Shown: positions 46,296 through 55,850 of the stretch, piece after piece | Numbering within the stretch: position 1 is the stretch's first letter | How the letters are laid out: every line of letters starts with the position of its first letter | Virus record (IMG/VR): IMGVR_UViG_3300027763_000005 | Coordinates: 1-57,560 of that record | Reading direction: 5' to 3' (one strand) | Length of the DNA: 57,560 nt | Origin: a virus | Lineage: Duplodnaviria; Caudoviricetes | The notes under the pieces: model-generated | Seen by the model: the letters and a program-made list of their open reading frames with translations, nothing else | Told to the model about the DNA's origin: nothing | Database searches by the model: none | Made by a program: the position numbers and the translations under genes

Positions 46296-48620
46296 ATGTC
46301 AATGACGCCCGGCCTCGTGCCAAATATTCGTCAACCGGCACCTGAACAGGCCGCTATTGGCGCGGCTGATGTCATTGTAGAGGTTGTTGAGGACGGCAAA
46401 GACCTCATTGAGACTGATGAAGACAACAATATCCTTCAAATTGAACATCCTGACGGCTCAATCACCATTTCCTTGGATGGTAAGCCAATTGATGACAAAA
46501 AAGAAGAACGCGATGAGGACAATTGGTATCGAAATCTGGTTGACGACATCGCAGAGTCAAATCTATCCAGCGTTGCTCAAGACCTTCTTCGAGGAATCCG
46601 AGATGACATCCAGAGCCGTCAAGAATGGATTGACGACCGTGCTCAGGGTATCAAACTTCTTGGATTGAAGCTAGAGGTTCCGGGCCTTCAGGGTACTTCT
46701 GACGGTGCTCCCATTGAGGGCATGTCAAAAGTTCGCCATCCGTTGCTGTTGGAAGCCGTCTTGCGCTTCCAAGCTAATGCACGGTCTGAACTGCTGCCCA
46801 CGGACGGGCCGGTTAAGATTCGGAATGATTCTAACAATGCCACATTGGCACAGGATCAACTGGCAAATGCTCTGGAGAATGATTTAAACCATTACTTGAC
46901 TTCTACGGCTACGGAATACTACCCGGACACGGATAGAATGTTGCTGATGTTAGGTTTTGGTGGGACCAGTTTTAAAAAGGTTTACTTTTGTCCGCTTAGA
47001 AACCGTCCGGTGTCTGAGAGTGTGGATGCTGATGACCTGATTGTAGACAACTCGGCCACCGACCTTCGCAATGCCAAGAGAATCACCCACCGGACCTATA
47101 TGCGCCCATCGACCGTCAAGCGGTTGCAAATCCTTGGTGTTTATAAGGATACTAGCCTTTCGGCCCCCAAGCAGATTGATCAGGACTCCCTAAAGCTGGA
47201 GAAGGATGCCCAGCAGGGTATCAACCGCAACAGCATGAACCCGGATGACCGCGACCGGCTCATCTATGAGGTTTATTGCGAGTTGGACCTCATTGGCTTT
47301 GAACATCGCCATAAGGGTAAGCCGTCCGGGTTGGAAATTCCGTATATTGTCACCATTGACGACTCCGCTCAGGAGATTCTGTCAATTGTCAGAAACTATT
47401 CCGAGGATGACAAAGAACTGCCAACTGCCAAACGCAGGTTTGTCAAATACACGTTTGTTCCGGGTCTGGGGTTCTATGACATTGGCCTTTTGCATATTCT
47501 CGGCAACACGACCAACGCAATCACAGCCGCGTGGCGTGAGCTTTTGGATGCCGGGATGTATAACAACTTCCCCGGATTTCTCATGGCAGATACCGGAGCC
47601 CGTCAGAACACAAACATCTTCCGTGTTCCTCCGGGTGGCGGCGCACTGGTCAAGACCGGCGGGATGCCAATTACCCAAGCCATCATGCCCTTGCCATATA
47701 AAGAACCGTCAGGCGCGTTGATGAACCTTGTTACGCAAATGGCGGAAACAGGGATGCGCGTGGGTGGCACCAGTGAAGTCATGGTCATGGAAGGTAAGGC
47801 TGACGCTCCAGTCGGCACCACTCTGGCTATGATCGAGCAAGCCCAGAAGGTTATGAACTCGGTCCACAAGCGCCTTCATGCGTCACAAGCTGAAGAATTT
47901 GAACTGCTGACAGAATGCTTCCGGGACCACCCAGAGAGCTTTTGGCAGAAGCGCCGCCGGTCGGCATACCCTTGGGACGAAAAGACTTTCTTGGATGCCT
48001 TGGACAATTATTACTTTGTCCCACAAGCTGATCCAAACACCTCTTCCCAGTCCCAGCGCCTCATGAAGGTTCTGGCCCTGAAGCAGTTGGTGGCCTCAAA
48101 CCCATCCCTGTACGATCCAATCGCGGTCGATACAGCCGCCCTACAGGCCCTCGGCTGGTCAAACCCGCAACAGTTTATGATTCCCAAGCAAGCTCAGGGT
48201 AATCCGCCGCCGGAACTCATCAAGGCGATGGCTGACATGAAGAACGAACAGATGTCGGCTGAAGCCCGCATGATGGATTCTCAGACACGCGCTGCGGAGT
48301 CTCAAGCTAAAACAGCAATGGACATGGCCCGCCTTCAGGCTGAGTTGGGTCAAGGTGGTGCTGATCCGGCTAGGATGATGGACCTTCAAGTCCGTCAGAA
48401 TGAGATTACGCAGAAAGAGCAGGACACCATGCTCGACGCTATTAACCGCAAGCGTGACCGTGAAAGCCGCGAACGCCTTGCTGCAATGCGAATGGCAGAA
48501 CAGGTTGCTCAGAACCCTCAATCTCTGGGTTTGATTAACCAGATTGTTGATCCTGAAATGCTCAAGCGCCTTGAAAGCAACGAGCCGACTCTGGACGGCA
48601 CCCAGACTGGAGAACTGTAA
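46296..48620 (+). CDS. Portal protein
   Basis: 774 aa downstream of terL. D..SR.EW, HP.L.EA..RFQA.A..EL.P..GPVK, GFY.IGL.H..G, LPYKEPS, APVGTTLA. Confidence 0.85.
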   Translation: MSMTPGLVPNIRQPAPEQAAIGAADVIVEVVEDGKDLIETDEDNNILQIEHPDGSITISLDGKPIDDKKEERDEDNWYRNLVDDIAESNLSSVAQDLLRGIRDDIQSRQEWIDDRAQGIKLLGLKLEVPGLQGTSDGAPIEGMSKVRHPLLLEAVLRFQANARSELLPTDGPVKIRNDSNNATLAQDQLANALENDLNHYLTSTATEYYPDTDRMLLMLGFGGTSFKKVYFCPLRNRPVSESVDADDLIVDNSATDLRNAKRITHRTYMRPSTVKRLQILGVYKDTSLSAPKQIDQDSLKLEKDAQQGINRNSMNPDDRDRLIYEVYCELDLIGFEHRHKGKPSGLEIPYIVTIDDSAQEILSIVRNYSEDDKELPTAKRRFVKYTFVPGLGFYDIGLLHILGNTTNAITAAWRELLDAGMYNNFPGFLMADTGARQNTNIFRVPPGGGALVKTGGMPITQAIMPLPYKEPSGALMNLVTQMAETGMRVGGTSEVMVMEGKADAPVGTTLAMIEQAQKVMNSVHKRLHASQAEEFELLTECFRDHPESFWQKRRRSAYPWDEKTFLDALDNYYFVPQADPNTSSQSQRLMKVLALKQLVASNPSLYDPIAVDTAALQALGWSNPQQFMIPKQAQGNPPPELIKAMADMKNEQMSAEARMMDSQTRAAESQAKTAMDMARLQAELGQGGADPARMMDLQVRQNEITQKEQDTMLDAINRKRDRESRERLAAMRMAEQVAQNPQSLGLINQIVDPEMLKRLESNEPTLDGTQTGEL

Positions 48621-50044
48621 TGGCTTCGATTGCGGACCAAGTCTATGAATACCTTATCAGCAACGGGTCTTCTCCAGAGGCTGCAAGAACACAGGCTGAC
48701 CGGGTAGAGCGCACTCAGTCAAGGCAAGCTGCTACCACACCAGCAATCCTTGGCGGCGCTGGATCGTTGTCGGGTATGGCTCCTGCGGGACTGCGTTTGG
48801 CACGGCAAATCTTTGGTGGCTCCAAGCTTGTAGAAGGTGGTCAGCAATACCTCCCGCGCCCAGATCGCGGTAACGCCAGACTCCCAGAAGAGATGCTGCA
48901 ACCAGCCCCACCGTCCCCACAGGCCCAGCAACTTTTGCCACCATCTCGTTCTCTGGAACGTCTTGAGTATTCTCCGTCTGCCCGTCCGCCCCGTGATGAC
49001 CGTATGCGCCGCCTTGAAGGTGAGGGTGGCCTTACAGATGATGCCGTCCAAATGGCAAGAGATGTTCATAACCGCCGGGTCGCCCAAGAGCGTGATCTGA
49101 AGCAGATGGAAATGGACCGAATGGTAAGCGAAGGGGGCCGCGAAGGCCGATCCTTCAGCCGCGACTTCACGTTTGAGGGTCCCTCCTATTACCCTTACCC
49201 GCCGCCGGTTAAGTTTAATCAGGCTGGTATTCCTGTCGGCGGTGGGCGTCCTGCGGCAAATGACATGCCGTTGTTCACTCAAGTTGAGGGTGGGATGCCG
49301 TCACTGTCGTACTCTCCTAGGGGACCCGGTACTGCAATGGAGCGTCCGCAGTCGTCGTACTCTCCTAGTAACTCCGGGGCTATGATGGAGCGCCCGGCTT
49401 CTGACATGATGCCGCCCCCTCGTTTGGCTGGGGCGCAGGGTGCCGGTGAGTCCACGGGACCGTTCTTTGGCGCGGGTTCTGCCAATCTTGAAACGATGCT
49501 TGCGCGTCCAAACGTTCAACGGATGCTCTACAGCACCGGCACGGCTGAAACAGGTCCGGGCCAAGGCAGTCCTACTTCAAACGCTCCTGCCGTTACCCCG
49601 GCTGATTTGTTCGACATGCGCGCCCCGGCAATGACCCCGGCAGACCTGTTTGACATGCGTGACGCTCCGCTTCCACCACCCAGACCCGCTGGCCTTGGTG
49701 CAACACCGGCCCCACAACGCGCCACTGCCCCTAGGTCTGTGGTTACGACGCCTCCCCCGGCTGAAGGTAATGACAGCATCCTTGGCCGCATCTTCTCTGG
49801 CAAGGATTACCAGTCTGCTCGTGGTCCGGTTGAGCAGTCTACCCCAGAAGGCCGAAAGGCTATCAACTGGGGTGACCCGGAAAGCGCCGCTGACTTCTTC
49901 CGTGCTGATAAGGCAATGCGCGGATCAAGGGAACGCGGTGAGGATTTTACCGGCATGGCAGCCGGTGGTTCCGCAAAGCCGCACAAGGATGCTTCGTTGC
50001 ATAAGGCATTGGAAATCATTCACAGCCTTATCTCCAGCCGGTAA
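48620..50044 (+). CDS. Low-complexity Pro-rich putative internal head protein
   Basis: Disordered composition, INWGD..SAADFFRA motif, C-terminal MAAGG...LHKALEII. Confidence 0.55.
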   Translation: MASIADQVYEYLISNGSSPEAARTQADRVERTQSRQAATTPAILGGAGSLSGMAPAGLRLARQIFGGSKLVEGGQQYLPRPDRGNARLPEEMLQPAPPSPQAQQLLPPSRSLERLEYSPSARPPRDDRMRRLEGEGGLTDDAVQMARDVHNRRVAQERDLKQMEMDRMVSEGGREGRSFSRDFTFEGPSYYPYPPPVKFNQAGIPVGGGRPAANDMPLFTQVEGGMPSLSYSPRGPGTAMERPQSSYSPSNSGAMMERPASDMMPPPRLAGAQGAGESTGPFFGAGSANLETMLARPNVQRMLYSTGTAETGPGQGSPTSNAPAVTPADLFDMRAPAMTPADLFDMRDAPLPPPRPAGLGATPAPQRATAPRSVVTTPPPAEGNDSILGRIFSGKDYQSARGPVEQSTPEGRKAINWGDPESAADFFRADKAMRGSRERGEDFTGMAAGGSAKPHKDASLHKALEIIHSLISSR

Positions 50045-50050
50045 GCTGCC

Positions 50051-51592
50051 ATGACAAATCAGCGGGTAATCAAGAACGCCTTGCAGATTGCCAGACGGCA
50101 TTATTCGACGGACGGCTCTGTGCCTTACCCAAAGTTTACTTCGCGCACCATTGCTGAAAACTGGACTCCGCCAGAAGATGTAGACCCGCGTTTGGGCAAG
50201 TTTATGGAAGAATACCCAGCCAAAATGGCAGAGGGTATTGCGGGCATCCCCCAAGCAATCTGGGACACGGTCAAATACCCCGGCCAGCTTCTGTATGGTG
50301 AGAAGCAATTTGATACTGATGAGGCGGTCAAGAAGGCGGTTGACATCACAGGTGCCGCCATGACGGGCAGCTTTCCATTCGCTCGTGCTGCGGCTGGTGA
50401 AGCGGTTCTTGGGTCTGGGCCGATTCGTGCTAATGCACCAGCAACATCTATTGAACATGAAGGTTCTGGAATTTTTCGTGTGCGTCATGGGGGTGAGCCA
50501 GCCGGAACAATTAGCGTGGCTAAAAATGGTTCTGGAAATTTTGTTTCCGCAGCTAACCTTGATGAGCCTTTTATTGGCAGGGGCATTGGCAGTGAAGCAT
50601 ATAATTTAATTGAAAATGAAATTGGTAGAAAACTTGCACCAAGTCCTCTTGGCATCTCTCCAACAGCAACAAAATTTTGGCAAAAACGATTAAAGGAGAT
50701 GTCGCCAGAAGACAGATCAAATTTGTTTGCACAAACACGAGAAGCGGGGGCATCTTACAATTTGCCAGAACGAGATGTTAATATGCGCCTTTATGGAATA
50801 GGCGGTCCTGAAAGTCTTCCTCCCGTTAAAACAAACAACCCTCGCATTGATATGGATTTCCGTGATGTGACTAAACGGGTTCCTGAGCTTCAAGAGGCCG
50901 CGCCAAAAGTTGCGTCGGGAGAGATGTCATCCGCCCAATATCAAGAGTTGGTTAATAAATACAAACCCGTCAGTGAGTGGGCGTCCGTTCCCAAACCGGC
51001 TTCATATGAAGAAATGTCCAATGCCTTGCGTTCTGATCAGGTTGCGAATATTGGCAAGGGCGGTTCTATCCCAGAGGGCCATCCTGTCGGTTTAAGATTG
51101 GACATCCCAGCATATCGCGATTATGGTGTCTGGGTGCCTACAATTCACGACAAAATCAAATCCGGGTCTCAGCCTGTTATGACGCATGAGCCAACTGCAT
51201 TAATCTCCAATGCGGTTTTTTCTATTCCTGAAAACAAAGCGTTAAACGTGGCTAAGGGTGGGCCAAAAAGTCCATTTGCAACCATCAATGGTCAATGGGT
51301 CCCCTTCAGTCAAGAAAGCGCAACCGCATTAGCCCAGCAAGCCCTGAAGGATAAAAACTGGCGTCAGGTTGGTATGGACCCAGAACGTCACAGCCATTTC
51401 TATGACAGAGCCACACAACAACCTATAATCGGAGCAGAGCAAGTTCTTCAAGTCGGCCCGCTGGTCTTGGCAAAAAACCCTCAGTATGGGTCAAAAAAAG
51501 ACTTTAAGTACAAATCAGGTGGTCCTGTTGTCGAACGAGCACTTGTGTTATTGTCAAAAAAGGTCGCAAGCCGCCGGGGACGCCCGGATTAA
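50051..51592 (+). CDS. Multi-domain putative virion cargo protein (GNAT-like domain + unknown conserved domain)
   Basis: LDEPFIGRGIGSEAY...SPTATKFW. VGLRLDIPAY...QVGMDPERHSHFYDR. Terminal GG/helix tags. Confidence 0.55.
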   Translation: MTNQRVIKNALQIARRHYSTDGSVPYPKFTSRTIAENWTPPEDVDPRLGKFMEEYPAKMAEGIAGIPQAIWDTVKYPGQLLYGEKQFDTDEAVKKAVDITGAAMTGSFPFARAAAGEAVLGSGPIRANAPATSIEHEGSGIFRVRHGGEPAGTISVAKNGSGNFVSAANLDEPFIGRGIGSEAYNLIENEIGRKLAPSPLGISPTATKFWQKRLKEMSPEDRSNLFAQTREAGASYNLPERDVNMRLYGIGGPESLPPVKTNNPRIDMDFRDVTKRVPELQEAAPKVASGEMSSAQYQELVNKYKPVSEWASVPKPASYEEMSNALRSDQVANIGKGGSIPEGHPVGLRLDIPAYRDYGVWVPTIHDKIKSGSQPVMTHEPTALISNAVFSIPENKALNVAKGGPKSPFATINGQWVPFSQESATALAQQALKDKNWRQVGMDPERHSHFYDRATQQPIIGAEQVLQVGPLVLAKNPQYGSKKDFKYKSGGPVVERALVLLSKKVASRRGRPD

Positions 51593-51607
51593 CTCCTAGG
51601 AGCAAGC

Positions 51608-52975
51608 ATGTCTGAGATGGCAAAACAGGCCCGAGCGGCCATGAAATCAAAAGCTAAGAGCCTCGCGGCTGGCGGTTCGGAAAAGGTTGACTCGTCTGAC
51701 TGGTCTCCCTCTGACCCGATTCATGCAGAAGCTAAAACCGGTATGCGTCCTATTAGCCGCCGCGCTTTCAAAAAGGGCGGCAAGGTTATGGGTGCCAAGG
51801 CTGCGGTGAATATGGGTCGTAAACCCCGCAAGTCCGGTGGTTCTGCCCTGTCAGCCAACAGCCTGATCAATCGCAATGCCAAAGACGCAAACGAAGAGCG
51901 TGAAGGCATCAAGCACATCGGCGGCATGAAAAAGGGTGGCCGCATCAAGAAACAAGGTGCTGGTGCCGTAACCGGTGACGCCATCAATGATCTTCTGGCT
52001 GCAAACCCCGGCCCGTCCGATGCCCCGGTGGATACCACACCGCGTTCGGCTCCCAATGCCCCGGAAAATCAGAAAATCACTCCTGAGATGCTGGCTAAGA
52101 TGAAGGCTGCTGCGGCGGCGCAAGCTGCGGCTTCGCGTCGTAAGGACGGTGGCCGTACCAAGCACGAAGACGAGGCAATGGACACGGCTCTCATTAAGAA
52201 GATGGTTAAGCCGTCTGCGCGCACTAAGAAAGAAGACGGCGGTGGCCTTTCGGGAGCGTTGGGTGGTCTGTTGACTTCTGAAATCCTCAAGGGTAACAGC
52301 CCGCTTTCGACCAAGGGCATGATTGATATGCTCTCCCCTAAGAAGTCCGGTGGCCGTGCCAAAAAGGCTGGCGGTGGATTTCTAAAGGATGCAGCTTCCG
52401 AATTGGCTAAGGATGAAACCAAAACATTCATGAAGTCCAAACTTGATGATGTTATGGGTAATTCTGGCGCAAGCGGCATGACAAACTTTAAGAAGGGTGG
52501 CCGTACCAAGAAACAGACCGGTGGCGGCGTCTTCACTGGCCCCGGATACCCCGGTAAGGTCCCCGGCGTTGTTTCCGGTGGGCGCACTGCTCACGCGGCT
52601 GGCGGTAAAGCGAAGCGTCACGGCAAGACAAATGTCAATATTGTCATTGCTGCTGGCAAACCGGCTGGTATGGATGGCATGGCAAATCCAATGGGTGGGC
52701 CGACTTCTCCCCCAGAAGGGATGCCAATTGCGGTTCAGGCTGGCCCCGGTGGTCTTCCTGCGGGCGGGATGCCTCCTGCTGGGCTGCCTCCGATGCCTCC
52801 GGGTCTCCCGACTGGTGCTCCGGGTGGGCTTCCTCCGATGCCACGTAAGTCTGGTGGCCGCGCGGCTCGCAAGGCTGGTGGCGGTGTTTATAAATCCTAC
52901 AAGGACATGGATGCTGGCGCGGGTTCTGGTTTAGGTCGGTTAGAGAAGACCGAAATCCAGAGGCGAGCAAAGTAA
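51608..52975 (+). CDS. Basic low-complexity protein with about 13 xxGG motifs (putative internal head protein)
   Basis: FKKGG, RKSGG, MKKGG, RKDGG and others. C-terminal MDAGAGSGLGRLEK. Confidence 0.6.
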   Translation: MSEMAKQARAAMKSKAKSLAAGGSEKVDSSDWSPSDPIHAEAKTGMRPISRRAFKKGGKVMGAKAAVNMGRKPRKSGGSALSANSLINRNAKDANEEREGIKHIGGMKKGGRIKKQGAGAVTGDAINDLLAANPGPSDAPVDTTPRSAPNAPENQKITPEMLAKMKAAAAAQAAASRRKDGGRTKHEDEAMDTALIKKMVKPSARTKKEDGGGLSGALGGLLTSEILKGNSPLSTKGMIDMLSPKKSGGRAKKAGGGFLKDAASELAKDETKTFMKSKLDDVMGNSGASGMTNFKKGGRTKKQTGGGVFTGPGYPGKVPGVVSGGRTAHAAGGKAKRHGKTNVNIVIAAGKPAGMDGMANPMGGPTSPPEGMPIAVQAGPGGLPAGGMPPAGLPPMPPGLPTGAPGGLPPMPRKSGGRAARKAGGGVYKSYKDMDAGAGSGLGRLEKTEIQRRAK

Positions 52976-53074
52976 TTCATGGGAGTGCTGTCATAGCCCT
53001 ATGAATACGGACGGAGGCGTGACCCCCTTCACGCCTCCGTCTAATCTTACAAAGGGGGCCGCAAAGGGGGCGGT

Positions 53075-53293
53075 ATGGTCGTTACAGGACAAGCATACTA
53101 TGAGTATGAGTTGAAGAAACTCATGAATCAAGCGATTGACGAGCTAACAGCCAATCTCGTGACAGCTTATAGAATTGAAGGTTTTGATTATTCATCCTAC
53201 CGACACCATGTTGGTAAGATTGAAGGTCTCCGCGCGGCTTTAGAACTGTGTGATGAGGCTCAAAGTGTCGTCAACGGCAAGGATAGGGGTTAA
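53075..53293 (+). CDS. Small conserved head-region protein
   Basis: DY.SY...VG.I.GL..A motif, upstream of the GroES-like gene. Confidence 0.65.
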   Translation: MVVTGQAYYEYELKKLMNQAIDELTANLVTAYRIEGFDYSSYRHHVGKIEGLRAALELCDEAQSVVNGKDRG

Positions 53294-53295
53294 CA

Positions 53296-53688
53296 ATGCC
53301 GCCAATGATTATGGAACATCCAGTAGACCCGGCTGAAGTCTTGAAGAAGGAGATTGGGGATACCTCCAATGTCGAGGTCTTCAATAACCAGATTTTGGTT
53401 GCGGTTTATATTCGCCCGCAGAAGACCAAGAGTGGAATCTTTCTGACGGAAAAAACAACTGATGAGGACCGGTACCAGTCCAAGGTCGGCCTTGTTATCA
53501 AAAAGGGTCCAGAAGCGTTTAACGACGAATCTGGCATCTGGTTCAGCGACACTGAGATCAAAGAAGGCGAGTGGGTGGTCTTTCGACCGTCTGACGGCTG
53601 GAGCATTACGGTCAATAACGTCCTGTGCCGCATGATTGATGATGTGAACGTGAGGGCTAGGATCGACCAGCCTGATCGCGTTTGGTAA
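53296..53688 (+). CDS. GroES-like co-chaperonin
   Basis: ILV......KTKSGIFL......G.V...GP.A....GEWVVF...DD. Confidence 0.75.
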   Translation: MPPMIMEHPVDPAEVLKKEIGDTSNVEVFNNQILVAVYIRPQKTKSGIFLTEKTTDEDRYQSKVGLVIKKGPEAFNDESGIWFSDTEIKEGEWVVFRPSDGWSITVNNVLCRMIDDVNVRARIDQPDRVW

Positions 53689-53699
53689 TGGAGCTAAAA

Positions 53700-54632
53700 A
53701 TGTCAGATAATGAAGAAATCATTGAAATTGACCTCAATGTTGAGCCGGTTTTAGACAAACACGGTAACCCTGAGCCGGTTATTGAGGTTGTTGAAGACCC
53801 ATCCACGTTAGACCCGCCGTCAAACAGCCGGGATAACCCCAAGGATGTTGATAAGGCTCTGAAAAAGCTGAACAAAAAGCTTGAGGAAGAGCGCGCAGCC
53901 CGCATTGAGGCCGAAAACAACGCCCGTGTTATGGCAGCACGGGCCAATCAGGCCGCAAACGAGGTTTCAGATACAAATCTGCACCTTGTTAACGGCGCGA
54001 TTGATAGTCTCAAGCGAGATCAGGACATTCTGAAGGCACATCTTCGGGATGCCATGACAATCGGGGACTATGACAGGGCGGCTGAACTTCAAGAGGGTAT
54101 GGCTTCTAACTTCACCAAGCTCAACAGCCTTGAGCGCGGCTTGCATGAGATGAAAAATGCTCCGCGACAGCCGGTTGGCCCCGTTTCCGTGCCAAAAGCC
54201 GACGTTTCGGTGGACTCCCTCATTGAACGGGTTACCCCTAAGTCCGCAGAATGGCTGGATCGGAACCGTGACTCCCTTCCTGATGCCAGATCAATTCGTG
54301 TTATGGCACGGGCTCATGAAGATGCTGTTGACTATGGCATTGCGCCAGAATCAGAAGCTTACTTCCAGTTTGTTGAGAACCGTCTGGGGATCAATAACAA
54401 TAATCGTCGCAGCATCCCGGAAGTGGATAATGTCATGTCTGGGGCATCAAACTCCACCCAAAAGCGGTCTTCTGCTCCGGCGTCGGCTCCTGTGTCACGG
54501 ACTCCCGTTGGAAGCAATTTCCGTCCGGGGGTGGTCCAACTGACTGCTTCTGAGGTCGAAGCTGCCAAAATCAGCGGTATTTCCCCACAGGAGTACTACC
54601 GTAACAAGATGCGCGAACAGAACCGCAGTTAA
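53700..54632 (+). CDS. Capsid scaffolding protein
   Basis: Acidic N-terminus, coiled coil, C-terminal LT..EV.AA...G.S..EY. Confidence 0.65.
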   Translation: MSDNEEIIEIDLNVEPVLDKHGNPEPVIEVVEDPSTLDPPSNSRDNPKDVDKALKKLNKKLEEERAARIEAENNARVMAARANQAANEVSDTNLHLVNGAIDSLKRDQDILKAHLRDAMTIGDYDRAAELQEGMASNFTKLNSLERGLHEMKNAPRQPVGPVSVPKADVSVDSLIERVTPKSAEWLDRNRDSLPDARSIRVMARAHEDAVDYGIAPESEAYFQFVENRLGINNNNRRSIPEVDNVMSGASNSTQKRSSAPASAPVSRTPVGSNFRPGVVQLTASEVEAAKISGISPQEYYRNKMREQNRS

Positions 54633-54646
54633 AAGGAATCTGACAA

Positions 54647-55288
54647 ATGTCTGAAGCAATGAAAGCCGCCCCCAAGCGTCGTGGCCGTCCGCCCCGCCCA
54701 ATTGTCAAAAAGGCTGAACCAAAGATGGAAGCAGCCGGTGATTTTGACAATGTTGTCATGACAGAAGTTGTCATTGAGGACTCGGTCGCCTTTGAACGTC
54801 CGCCCATGCGTCCGTCTATCCGGGATGAAGACCCGCGTCTGACAGCCGCCAAGCGCGCTGCTGAGATTCGTGGTCACCTTCTGGGTAGCATGGACGACGG
54901 CACGGATGAGTTTGCCGCCCCACGCCCGCCGGATGGCTGGACGTATGAGTGGAAGAGGAAGACCGTCCTTGGGCAGGAAGACCCTGCTTACCAAGTACAT
55001 TTGGCACGGATGGGTTGGGAACCAGTTCCCACTCGCCGTCACCCAGAAATGATGCCGGGACAGGGTAGCCACCCAGCAATTGAGCGTAAGGGTATGACCC
55101 TGATGATGCGCCCGACTGTGATCTCTGAAGAAGCCCGTGACATTGAAAAGCGCCGTGCGCGCGATCAGGTCCGTGCCAAAGAAGCACAATTGAATGCCAC
55201 CCCGGATGGTACGTTGACCCGTGACGATCCGCGTGTTCGCCCGAACATCAAGAAGGGGTTTTCCCCAATTGAAGTCCCAACAGACTGA
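54647..55288 (+). CDS. Conserved head-region hypothetical protein
   Basis: P.PPDGWTYEWKR..VLG......GWEPV......GM.LM. Confidence 0.65.
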   Translation: MSEAMKAAPKRRGRPPRPIVKKAEPKMEAAGDFDNVVMTEVVIEDSVAFERPPMRPSIRDEDPRLTAAKRAAEIRGHLLGSMDDGTDEFAAPRPPDGWTYEWKRKTVLGQEDPAYQVHLARMGWEPVPTRRHPEMMPGQGSHPAIERKGMTLMMRPTVISEEARDIEKRRARDQVRAKEAQLNATPDGTLTRDDPRVRPNIKKGFSPIEVPTD

Positions 55289-55306
55289 TGTCTGTCATCT
55301 TGTCAC

Positions 55307-55341
55307 GAGGAGGGGGTCGCCATGTGCGGCCCTTTTCTTTT
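55307..55341 (+). terminator. Intrinsic terminator
   Basis: GAGGAGGGGGTCGC-CATGT-GCGGCCCTTTTCTTTT. Confidence 0.65.
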
Positions 55342-55361
55342 ATGGGGAAGTGTGTATTATA

Positions 55362-55438
55362 AAAAAATGAACCCGGCAGAGTTTGTCGCTCTGCCGGGCT
55401 CACTGAACCTTCCGCCGCAAACGGAGAGGAGCAGCTTA
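55362..55438 (-). ncRNA. Predicted small antisense RNA (~75 nt)
   Basis: Minus-strand promoter TTGACT(55472-55467)-N16-TATAAT(55450-55445). 10-bp GC hairpin (55372-55398) followed on the minus strand by a T7 run. Confidence 0.55.
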
Positions 55439-55850
55439 GGGACGATTATATATCTCATCCCCCAGCAGTCAATCTCACCAGAACGTCGGAGAACAAATAA
55501 CCTCACCCGGCAATGCCGATTGAGTGAGTTTTTGTTGGTTCGGCGGTGAGCCTTCGGGGATGGTCCGTTATCCGTTGCCCGCGACTGCTGGTGGTCTACA
55601 TCACCAGATAAGTTTCCTGCGGGTTTTTGCCCTCCGACCGTCCTGACGCCGGGTAGGCTAAGGAGCAACACCGATCTACATACCCCCTAGAGTAGTGCCC
55701 TAAAGGTACTAGGGAGCGTTCTGGCCCAACGACAGGTGAGAATATCACCAAGGCATCGGTGCTATACGGGAAACAAGAGCCCTCCCCCGACCGTGACCCC
55801 CGTAAGGGTCCTTCCCAAGCAAGGGAGGGAGGGTAGACGGAGGGCGGAGC
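55365..55850 (+). ncRNA. Candidate large structured ncRNA
   Basis: No credible ORF. At least 9 helices, including long-range 55462-70/55583-91, 55629-36/55838-45 and 55669-75/55755-61. Confidence 0.55.

Noticed and set aside
49585-49670. Tandem duplication PA(V/M)TPADLFDMR
   Set aside because: Short in-frame duplication in a disordered protein, with no further evidence of function.
55322-55671. ORFs 55322-55549 (+) and 55357-55671 (-)
   Set aside because: No RBS or protein motifs. Dense base-pairing explains the region better as RNA.
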